Under the pieces are notes generated by a model. That model worked only from the letters and a program-made list of their open reading frames with translations, was not told the origin of the DNA and ran no database searches. From positions 78,554,001 through 78,618,000 of the forward strand of contig NC_091980.1 in NCBI RefSeq assembly GCF_044704955.1: 64,000 nucleotides of DNA, written 5' to 3'. This document shows, piece by piece, positions 12,072 through 22,430 of the stretch. This DNA is from Pristiophorus japonicus (lineage: Eukaryota). Positions within the stretch are counted from its first letter, which is position 1; every line of letters starts with the position of its first letter. A program made the translations under genes and the position numbers.

Positions 12072-13043
12072 CTTCCTAAAGGACGCATGTTGGCTCTTAC
12101 GGAAGAACGGTGCCCATGCCTATAACTCTTCTCGATCTGTTATGGATACCGTTTTGGATAAATTCTCCTGATAAACTATCTCAACATTTCTTTTTGTTGG
12201 CTTTCAGTTCATGACCGATCCCTTCATTCTGTGTCTTTTGAATTTAACTATTGTTGGGTCCCTACTTAAACAGTTACAACTATCAAGACAACTGCTTCTT
12301 AAGACACAACTCTCCCAATCCATTTAACCGTTTATAGTTTATACTTCGCAATATAGGTTAGAATCGCAACTCCGGAAATTTCCAATTGTTTAAAAGAATC
12401 ATCAAGAGCTATCTCGCCAGATCCCGGACGAGCCCCAATTTGTAAGATTTCTAAATCTCTGGCATTAAATTAACAGCAAGATTGATTCTTTTAAAACAAT
12501 TTGGAATAGTTTATTAAACACTCACACATGTACATCTATCAGCAGTCGTCAGCTATCATACAGATCGACTTAGTTACAACAGATACAATCGTGTTGCAAT
12601 AAAAACGGTATACTTTACTTCCCTCTGGTAAAGCACACGGCCTACTACTGTGTCTGTAGAGGGAGGTCCTGCTTTTGCCATGTGATAAGGAGAAGAGAGA
12701 GAGCAATCTTTGGCTTGAGTTTTTATACCTCTCAAAGCCATTGTTTCTCAGGAAGCCTCAGGATTGGATCTTGGTTCCAGGGCCATTCCTGATTGGCTTC
12801 TCCTCATACATGTGTCTGTCTGGAGGGCCGGCGCCACTCCTTGACTAGGTTAATGGCTTTCCAATTAACACCTTTGTTCCTTTAAGCTCTGTTCAGCCAG
12901 AAGACAATATACAAACAACATGCTGGAAGTGTGTGAGCTTCCATTTTGTTTCAACACTGCGGCCTTTCTGTATAATCTACACTTTTAACATTTATACATT
13001 CACAGAATCAATTTTATTATTTCTAAACACTTTTATTCTTACA
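12072..13043 (-). mobile_element. 5' end of an ERV-like LTR element: LTR 12441-13043, tRNA-Pro PBS, start of putative gag
   Basis: LTR ends TGTAAGA…TCTTACA; minus-strand TATAAAA and AATAAA; PBS directly after the LTR; 84-codon frame 12323-12072 with two stops, cut by Gypsy A. Confidence 0.85.
12421..12437 (-). promoter_or_regulatory. Primer-binding site, tRNA-Pro
   Basis: Minus strand reads TGGGGCTCGTCCGGGAT, versus canonical Pro PBS TGGGGGCTCGTCCGGGAT. Confidence 0.9.
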
Positions 13044-14356
13044 AATGAGGAGGAATTTCTTCTCTCAGAGGGTTGTAAATCTATGGAATTCTCTGCCCCA
13101 GAGAGCTGTGGAGGCTGGGTCATTGAATATTTTTAAGGTGGAGATAGATAGATTTTTGAGCGATAAGGGAATAAGGAAGTAGGAGTAAATGGGTACTTTT
13201 CAGAATGGCAGGCAGTGACTAGTGGGGTAACTCAAGGTTCTGTGCTGGGGCCTCAGCTGTTTACATTGTACATTATTGATTTAGACGAGGGGATTAAATG
13301 TAGTATCTCCAAATTTGCGGATGACACTAAGTTGGGTGGCAGTGTGAGCTGCGAGGAGGATGCTATGAGGCTGCAGAGTGACTTGAATAGGTTAGGTGAG
13401 TGGGCAAATGCATGGCAGATGAAGTATAATGTGGATAAATGTGAGGTTATCCACTTTGGTGGTAAAAGCAGAGAGACAGACTATTATCTGGATGGTGACA
13501 GATTAGGAAAAGGGGAGGTGCAACGAGACCTGGGTGTCATGTACATCAGTTATTGAAGGTTGGCATGCAGGTACAGCAGGCGGTTAAGAAAGCAAATGGC
13601 ATGTTGGCCTTCATAGCGAGGGGATTTGTGTACAGGGGCAGGGAGGTGTTACAACAGTTGTACAGGGCCTTGGTGAGACCACACCTGGAGTATTTTGTAC
13701 AGTTTTGGTCTCCTAACTTGAGGAAGGACATTCTTGCTATTGAGGGAGTGCAGCGAAGTTTCACCAGACTGATTCCCGGGATGGCGGGACTAACATATCA
13801 AGAAAGACTGAATCAACTGGGCTTGTATTCACTGGAGTTCAGAAGAATGCGAGGGGATCTCATAGAAACGTTTAAAATTCTGACGGGTTTAGACAGGTTA
13901 GATGCAGGAAGAATGTTCCCAGTGTTGGGGAAGTCCAGAACCATGGGTCACAGCCTAAGGATAAGGGGTAAGCCATTTAGGACCGAGATGCGGAGAAACT
14001 TCTTCACCCAGAGAGTGGTGAACCTGTGGAATTCTCTACCACAGAAAGTTGTTGAGGCCAATTCACTAAATATATTCATACTACTAGGGGGATCAAGGGG
14101 TATGGCGAGAAAGCAGGAATGGGGTACTGAAGTTGCATATTTAGCCATGAACTCATTGAATGGCAGTGCAGGCTCGAAGGGCCGAATGGCCTACTCCTGC
14201 ACCTATTTTCTATGTTTCTATGTTAAAGGGTTCTGGGGAGCGGGCAAGGAAGTGGAGCTGAGTCCATGATCAGATCAGCCATGATCTTATTAAATGGCGG
14301 AACAGGCTCGAGGGGCCAAATGGCCTACCCTTGCTCCTATTTCTTACCTTCTTATG
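13044..14356 (+). mobile_element. CR1 3' end (13044-13175 and 14225-14356), split by a second CR1
   Basis: MRRNFFSQRVVNLWNSLP-type sequence; continues after 14224 as AAGGGTTCTGGGGAGCGGGC… to a TTCTTATG tail. Confidence 0.88.
13176..14224 (+). mobile_element. 5'-truncated CR1 (TTTCTATG-tail subfamily)
   Basis: ORFs 13215-13556 (QGSVLGP, FADDTK) and 13553-14269; tail TTTCTATGTTTCTATGTT. Confidence 0.92.
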
Positions 14357-15170
14357 CCCATCGCCTGCCCATTGTGTGTCCAAACTGAAAAGCAACCCCT
14401 TTTTCAGAAATGGAGACTGGAAGAAAAGCAAGCCCCTTTATTTTAGATATTACCTATCTGCTGTGAAATAGTCTAGTAACAATAAACCTAAAAGATTTTG
14501 CATTTTATTTGTTGTATTTGTAATACAACGCCAGGATAAGTGATTATATAACTATGCAATTTTAAAGTAAGATAGTTAAAAGAATGGATATAAAACCAAT
14601 TTTTGACTTATATTTGCAGAGCAAAGTTATACGCGACAGATGACACGTTAATGTTAAAATCAGTCACAAAGTTAGCAAACATTTCTATGTTGGCCTCTTG
14701 AGTGATGGTGTGTAGCAACATATTGGCCTCTAGCAACCTCTGCACTGCAATCTACTGAATAAACCATTGTCAAGGATTTAGCCAGAAGAAAGAAAAGCAA
14801 ATGTGCTTTGACTGCCTTAACCGTCCTGTCCCCTGCAGCAAAATGAAACCAGGCAAAATGCAGTGCACTCTACTAAATGGTAGCTCTGCAGTCTTTGTTC
14901 TCTCTTGCGATCCTTGGCAAAATTCCCAAAATATCAATGTTTAAATTATGATACAGGTATTTGCATTTAATGAAGGATGCCAATTTTTGCCTTTCAAAGA
15001 AATATTGTTGAATAGTTTTCTTAATTACCTGCGTAGGGACTATTTTAGCAGTTCTTTTCATTCAAACCAATATGCATTGCAATTTTCAGAATATTTCAAG
15101 TGGCAGGAATTACAGAATTTATGCTAATTTCATGGAGTTTCTATTTGATCAAAGAAGAGTTAATAAACTG

Positions 15171-15815
15171 TGGGCTGGATTTTTGGTCTTCTGCCGCCCC
15201 TGTTAACACCCCGTAGGTGTGGCAATGACGGCGGTAAGCACTTCTGGGCGGGCGACCAGCTTCCAGCGCTGGGACATTTGGTGCCGCTTTTGAGGTGGTT
15301 CGCAGCATTTCCACCCAGAAGTGGCGAGCCGTTATGCAACGACCCTGGTTGTGAAACCGGCTCAGTATTTGGCTGATGCCCAATCTATAATGCTCCGTGA
15401 TGCTCCCTGCTGGGAATGACTGTGGAAGTGGGTGGTCCAATGTGTGGCGGCCGCAGTGAGGTAAGTAATGTCGACCTCAGGTAAGTCTTTTTTGGGGGGG
15501 GATCTTTTTGCGATTTATGTTGTGGTGACATGCGTTATGTATTGGAAATGTTTTTGGTGGGTTTTTTTTCAGTTTTTTTCCCTCTGAGACCTCTCTTAAG
15601 GCGCTCTGAGGCCAGTTGTTTAGTTTGGGATTTCAGCTTGCTCAACCAACCGAGTGTCCTAAAAGAGGTGTGCAACACCTCCCTTAGCACTCCGCTCTAA
15701 ACTCCGGGCCCAGCTGATGAATTTTGTTGCGGCAGGCGCAATCCATTTGCCGGCGCTAAAGTTACTTCTCCACCTGGGACAATGTGGCAACAGAGACACG
15801 ACCGTATTTCTCCCC
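15171..15815. mobile_element. Putative non-autonomous Harbinger/PIF-type element (MITE-like)
   Basis: Starts GGGCTGGATTTT, whose reverse complement ends the Harbinger relic at ~51508; CpG-rich within AT-rich DNA; right end uncertain. Confidence 0.45.
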
Positions 15816-16328
15816 TCGACGTTTTAATAAGTGATCGTTCTATGTATTGAAAAATTGTATTCCTTCAACTAGAAAACTTCTGTCCTTTGCTGTTTAATAT
15901 TAAATAATATTGTTATGGGCTGCAGTCAGACACAGCTATATCAAACAATGATGTCTCTTGAATTTTAATCTACTGGTATTGGGAGCACAGAATCAGCAGA
16001 GGCAGGTTGGCAATTAACATATGGTAATCGCCGCCATATTTCAACACAGTTTTAAGTTACCTACTACACCTTGAAGAATTCCTGAATCACATCTGGTTGG
16101 ATGGCTGCCTTATATTGGACCTTGGACGAGGAGCAATATGACCAGCAGTCGCAACCGACTGTTGAGAGACCTGCAGCTGGACATCATAGAAGGGATCAGC
16201 AGTGGTGTAGCTTACAGGGGGCACTACCTGTGACACAGGGACAGGCAGAAGTTGAGTTTCCTTAACATGTCTGAATAGCAGTGTCTCAGGTGTTTCAGGC
16301 TGTCGCGACAGGTGGTGGCCGAAATCTT

Positions 16329-18085
16329 CATGGATAGGGGATTGGCTAACTAACAGAAAACAGCGAGTTGGGATAAATGGTTCATTCTTGGGTTGGCAAT
16401 CAGTAACTAGTGGGGCACTGCAGGGATCAGTGCTAGGATCCCAACTCTTTGCAATCTATATTAATGACTTGGATGAAGGGACTGAGTGTAACGTAGCCAA
16501 GTTTGCTGATGATACAAAAATGGGAGGAAAAGCAATGTGTGAGGAGGACACAAAAAACCTGCAAAAGGACATAGACAGGCTAAGTGAGTGGGCAAAAATC
16601 GAAGAGCAAGTTATTACTTAAATGGAGAAAGATTGCAAAGTGCTGCAGTACAGCAGAACCTAGGGGTCCTGGTGCATGAAACACAAAAGGTTAGTATGCA
16701 GGTACAGCAAGTGATCAGGAAGGCCAATGGAATCCTGGCCTTTATTGCAAAGGAGATGGAGTATAAAAGCAGGGAAGTCTTGCTACAGCTATACAAGGTA
16801 TTGGTGAGGCCACACCTCGAACACTGCGTGCAGTTTTGGTTTCCATATTTAAGAAAGGATATACTTGCTTTGGAGGCAGTTCAGAGAAGGTTCACAAGGT
16901 TGATTCCGGAGATGAGGGAGTTGACTTATGAGGAAAAGTTGAGAAGGTTGGGCCTCTACTCATTGGAATTCAGAAGAATGAGAGGTGATCTTATTGAAAC
17001 GTATAAGATTATGAGGGGACTTGACAAGGTGGATGCAGAGAGGATATTTCCACTGATAGGGGAGACTAGAACTAGGGGACATAACCTTAGAATAAGAGCC
17101 ACCCATTCAAAACTGAGATGAGGAGGAATTTCTTCTCTCAGAGGGTTGTAAATCTGTGGAATTCATTGCCTCAGAGAGCTGTGGAAGCTGGGTCATTGAA
17201 TAAATTTAAGTCAGAGATAGACAGTTCCTTAACTGATAATCATCATCATCATAGGCATCCCTCGGAATTAAGGAAGACTTGTTTCCACTCCTGAAGTGAG
17301 TTCTTTAGTGGCTGAACATTCCAATACGAGAGCCACAGACTCTGTCACAGGTGGGACAGACATTCGTCGCGGTAAGGGGGCAGGGTGGAGAGGTGGGACT
17401 GGTTTGCCGCACGCTCCTTCCACTGCCTGCGCTTGACCTCATCACGCCCTCGGCGTTGAGATTCAAAGAGCTCAACGCCCTCCCGGATGCACTTTCTCCA
17501 CTTAGGGCAGTCTTCGGCCTGGGACTCCCAGGTATCAATGGTGATGTCGCACTTTTTTAGGGAGGCTTTGAGGATGTCCTTGTAACGTTTCCGCTGTCCA
17601 CCTTTGGCTCATTTGCCGTGAAGGAGCTCCACATAGAGCATTTGCTTAGGGAGTCTCATGTCCGGCATGCGAACTATGTGGCCTGCCCAGCGAAGCTGAT
17701 CGAGTGTGGCCAGTGTTTCAATGCTGGGGATGTTAGCCTGGACGAGGACACTGATGTTGGTGTACCTGTCCTCCCAGGGGATTTGCAGGATCTTGCAGAG
17801 CAATTGTTGGTGATATATCTCCAGCGACTTAAGGTGTCTTCTGTACATCGTCCATGCCTCTGATCCATACAAGAGGGTGGGTATTACTACAGCCCTGTAG
17901 ACCATGAGCTTGGTGGTAGATTTGAGGGCCTGGTCTTTGAGCCGATAAGGGAATAAGGGGTTATAGGGACCTGGCAGAGAAGTGGACCTAAGTCCATGAT
18001 CGGATTAGCCATGATCGTATTAAATGGTGGAGCAGGCTCGAGGGGCCATATGGCCTACACCTGCTCCTATTTCTTATGTTCTTAT
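16329..18085 (+). mobile_element. 5'-truncated CR1 interrupted by an RTE
   Basis: ORFs 16388-16621 (FADDTK) and 16588-17121; resumes at 17941; tail TTCTTATGTTCTTAT. Confidence 0.92.
17239..17940 (-). mobile_element. 5'-truncated RTE-clade LINE
   Basis: LLYGSEAWT, QLRWAGHIVRM, C-terminal CPTCDRVC…H; (TGA)n tail; TSD-like CTGATAA/CCGATAA. Confidence 0.92.
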
Positions 18086-18393
18086 CAAGCAAGTTAAAGA
18101 CAGCAATCAAAACTGGGCGATACGGGAAAGCAATGCATACTTATAAAATGTATGTGCTTCTACTAAAAAAAGGAAACTTCATAACATAATAGTTTCTCAT
18201 TTACCCTTCTGTACACCCTTATGCAACTACAAAGCCTTACTCTCCCTTTTCCTGCTGCTCTTATGTGGTGCAATCCCTATGGCATCAGCAGAGGTGGAGA
18301 AAAGCTGCTCAGATCTTTGCTCTGAATGCTGAGATGCTCTTGGTGTATGTCCTTTGGATTGTGGAGCCCATGAAAGCCCCACCAAAGACTCGG

Positions 18394-20052
18394 CTATTGG
18401 GACACAAGGCAGCATGTCAAGCACTGACCGGATGGGTGGGGTGGAGGGTGTAACGGGTGAGAAGTGGAAGCACTTTGAGTGGTGTCCCTACTTCCATATC
18501 CCCTTTTGCCATCATCTTTCTCATGGGCCAGCCGTATTTTACTGCTACCAGTGTGCTGGAGGGCACTTTGGTGCAGATCAGTGAGGTGTAATAAGACCAA
18601 GACTAAAGTATCTGTCATCCTATTTAAGGTGGCAGACACAATGGCATCCAAAGTCTGCATGGCCATGGTCAAGTTGTGCATGGACTCATTTGATTGGAGC
18701 ATTTGATGTTCCACGGAGTTGGCCACTCTATCCATGGAAAAGCACATCATCGCAATGCTCTGTGACATCAACCCACTCATGCTTGAGGTGGACTCCTCCA
18801 TTCTCTCTGCAATCATGGTCAGTGTGCTTGAAAGGCCTGTCACTACATCACACATTCTCTGCTGCTCCTCAATGATTATCCTTTTCAGCGATGGCCCCGA
18901 GGTACAGCACCTTTGTCCAGCTGAACAGAGCTTAGAGAGGGCTACACCCTCTCTCGCTGCTATCACCATCTGCTTTTGCTCACTTATGAAGTGTGAGTCA
19001 CCAGGTGAAAACCCAACTATCTGTCTGCATGGTCCCACCGAAGTTCGAGTATTTGAGCTGGTGCATAGTCTGCATGATTCCTGTGACATTCCACCCTCAG
19101 AAGGAAACAGCTCCTCTGAGGATTCATCATCCTGGAGGTCCAAGGAATCCTGCTGCATGTGTGAGAGCCCTAGCCGAGAGAAATGTTATGAATTTGTACT
19201 GGCAACCTAAGTATGTTGCAACTTATCATTAATAAAACAATCATATTTCATTCGCTGTGGAAATCAAGTCAACATGATTGAGTATTGTATGACATGTTAA
19301 TCATTGATATTTAACTATGCCACCAGGTTGTTGGGAGGTCCACATCTCCCCATCCCCAATGGTCAGTGATGCCAAAATGCCATTGATCTCCATCACTTCC
19401 TCCTCTGCAGTTGTTAGCTGGGAAATCTGTGGAGGACTACTTCCAGTTCTCTCCCAAGTGATCTTTGCTCCCTTCTGCTGCAATGGGAGAAAGAACAGAT
19501 GTATGAGTGAGAGCAATGGCACGTGTTCACCTGATGGATGCAGTGCATTTGGTGAGAGTGATTATCAAGGAGAGGCAAAAAAATCGCATAAGGATGAGGG
19601 TGGCAGTGGTGGATGGATAGATCAGAATGTGAGTAAGTGCATAGAAAAAGGACGATGAACCTGTAAGATAAGTGGGTGTCAGGAATGATGTGATGGAGCA
19701 GGTTTGAGAAGGCAAAGTGAGGGGGGAGGGATGTGCACGGCAGGATGTAGGTGAATGTGCAACTGTACTCACCTTTCCAAATCTGGTTTGGTCATTAACC
19801 CGCTTCCTGCACTGAATCCAGGAGTGTGGCACAGTGCTCCTGCTACTGACCTCCTTGGCCACCTACAGCCACACCATTTTGTGGCAGCAGCAGGTTTCTT
19901 TCTCCCATTGCTGGAAAGAGAATATCTCTCTGGCTGCTCACCGCCCCCAGCAGCACATCAAGTGATGTACGATTGAAGTGGGCAACCTTTGAGCATCCTA
20001 AATCACACTTTGTCTTCTTGTGCTTCTGACTCCAAACTCCTCCAAATTCCAT
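18394..20052 (-). pseudogene. Harbinger-associated Myb/SANT-like DNA-binding protein, three-exon relic
   Basis: LDVLLGAVSSQRDILFP…AKEVSSRSTVPHSWIQCRKRVND; donor AAG|GTGAGT at ~19772; acceptors CCCATTGCAG (~19479) and CACATGCAG (~19153); acidic/coiled ORF 18394-19158. Confidence 0.75.
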
Positions 20053-22060
20053 CTTTCGATTGGTCCTTTAAGTACTGGAGTTGTGATTGCGTCATGTGAG
20101 TACTCATCCGGTCTATAGCCGCACAATCATCACCAAACCTGGAAGTAAAATGGTAATGAGCTAGCTATGTGAAAATGCCACTGACTGATGCGCTGAACTT
20201 ACTTCTGGGTTTTCCACGCTATATTGGACCACCCCCATCCCTGACGGGTTTGCGAGCAATGCTGGATTTACACCCCACTTGATTTTACTCTCCACCTGAT
20301 TCCGCAAGTTAATCCCCCGGTTAGGTTAAAATGACCCCCAATGGGGGTCTCTTAGCAACTCTTGTAGTGTTGTTGTAGTCATGATCTTGTAGCGGCCTGA
20401 CAGCCCAATCAGCTTGTATGGCTTTAAACCTAATCCAAAAACAAAAGTGCAGAGCCCTGAAGCATCCGACTGTCAGTGTGTTGACCCGAGATCTATTTGC
20501 AGGGGTTTGCCACATTTGCATAGTGTGGGTGAGCTCCAGGCATCAGAAACTCTCTCACTGGTACCTCACCCATTACTGGACTGGAAATCATGTTCCCTGC
20601 AACAGTTTAAAAGGCCATTGGGGTTTCTGCATGTAAAGCATGGTCACAGAAGCAATCACATTGGAAGGAATATCAAGATTTAATAATGAAGCAGCAGAGC
20701 ATTTTGTTTTACCAATGGGACCAATGACAATGAAATGCCACAGGTGTTCTACTGGTCTCCAGCCATAATGTCAGTGGGAGTCAGCAGAGACCTCACAGAA
20801 ATGGGGAAAATCTGGTTACCTTGGTTTCTGCCATTTCTGCCCTTTTTCACATTGCCTTGAAGAAGGGCAGAAGATCTGTCTGCCACTTATAGGCAAGTAA
20901 TGGGGGTCCGGGGGTATGAACCACCTTAGCCAACAATTCTCCATTTTAGCTCTAGGAAGAGGGCCCACCAAATTGGTGGCAGCTGGTATGCTGTGAAAGG
21001 GGAAGAATTCCAGCCTCCACATGGATACAAGTGGGCATCACCAGTGGGATCCAGGTCTAGAAGGGGATTTAGACACCCAAAGAGAATGGCAATTAAAAAA
21101 ATAATACTTTCTGGATTGGCCTATAGGAGCTGCTTAGTGCACCAATGGGGGGGGGGGGGAGACGGGGTGGAGGTGGGGGTGGAAGGCCTAGGAAACCCCT
21201 GCCACCCCCTCCCCCTCCAAAGGTATATCAAGTAGGCAGGTGCCAAAGCAACACCTTAAGCAGCATTTCTGTTCACTGGCAATTAGGTACCATTGTGATG
21301 TATGTTCCTTTTTTTCTATAAGTCCCAGAAGAAGAACAGTTGGGGACCAAGGAGTGAAGAGGAACCTTGTATGTTACAGCACATGCAATTCTTCACTCTA
21401 ACTCTACAGAATGCCACCTTAGGTACATTTAACTGGGTGGATTTTAAGAATGTGATTGAGGAAACCACACTAATTCATTTCCAGAGCATGTGAGCAGTGA
21501 CAGGTAGTGGTGACAAGGAGTCGGAACCTGTTAACCGGAAGCCCAGTTTATGTCCCTCCAAAGACTGTTTTTATTGTGGGTTTGTTAATGTATCTTCAGG
21601 TGACAGCAATAGTCATCATTAGTTAAGGTGCAATGTAGGTGAAGGTCTATTTTTTGAGGACATTTCAAAGATGTAGGAAGAACTGTTAATGCTATATGCT
21701 GCGGACATAATGAGGAGAAAGTGTCATCAATAATATCCCATTGAACAACTATAACTATTGGAAAAGGTATCTCTATAGCTTGAACCTTCTGCACCTCCAT
21801 GTTATCAACATTGACTCCTTGCTGCTGTTTATTACCTTTCTTCGATGGAGACTCATTGCACTGCAAAGTTGCACAGCATACAGAAGACTACAATGATGTG
21901 GAAGATTCTAGCCAGGTTAAATTGTGGTACAATGACTCATCTATCTAGGCATCTATATCTCGTCTTCAACATGCCTACGGTGTGTTTGATAATGATTCCG
22001 GTAGACCTCATTATACCTTTGCTCGCAAGTTTGCTGGCTGCTGTACAGGCGTCATGAATC

Positions 22061-22430
22061 CGGGTCCCTTCGGCCAGCTGGCCCGGCCCAACGACACACT
22101 CTGGGTTCCTTCGGCCAGCCGGTCTGACCCAGCCTCGCACTCCAGGTCCCTTCGGCCAGAGGGTCAAACCCAACGACACACTCTGGGTCCCTTCGGCCGG
22201 AGGGCCTGACCCAACAATGCACTCCAGGTCCCTTCGGCCAGAGGGTCTGACCCAACAATGTACTCCCGGTCCCTTCGGCCAGCCGGCCCGGCCCAACAAC
22301 GTACTCTAGGTCCCTTCAGCCAACCGGTCTGACCCAGCCTCACACTCCAGGTCCCTTCGGCCAGAGGGTTTGGCCCAGCCTCAATCTCCGGGTCTCTTTA
22401 GCCAGATAGCCAGCTGGCCCGGCCCAGTGA
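22061..22430 (+). repeat. Nine 41-bp tandem units, consensus YRGGTCCCTTCGGCCAG…GACCCA…ACTC
   Basis: Units start at 22061, 22102, 22143, 22184, 22225, 22266, 22307, 22348 and 22389. Confidence 0.92.

Larger units (their letters stand above)
16050..20276. mobile_element. Decayed PIF/Harbinger transposon: transposase N-terminal relic (+) and Myb/SANT gene (-), interrupted by CR1 and RTE
   Basis: 16230-16328 reads SFLNMSE*QCLRCFRLSRQVVAEI (HARBI1-type N-terminus); convergent Myb/SANT relic 18200-20052; TIR-like GGATTTACACCCC at ~20264-20276; left boundary approximate. Confidence 0.7.

Noticed and set aside
22061-22430. CRISPR-like array (conserved GGTCCCTTCGGCC with variable intervening sequence)
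   Set aside because: The intervening parts are homologous mosaics rather than unique spacers; the context is eukaryotic and there are no cas genes.
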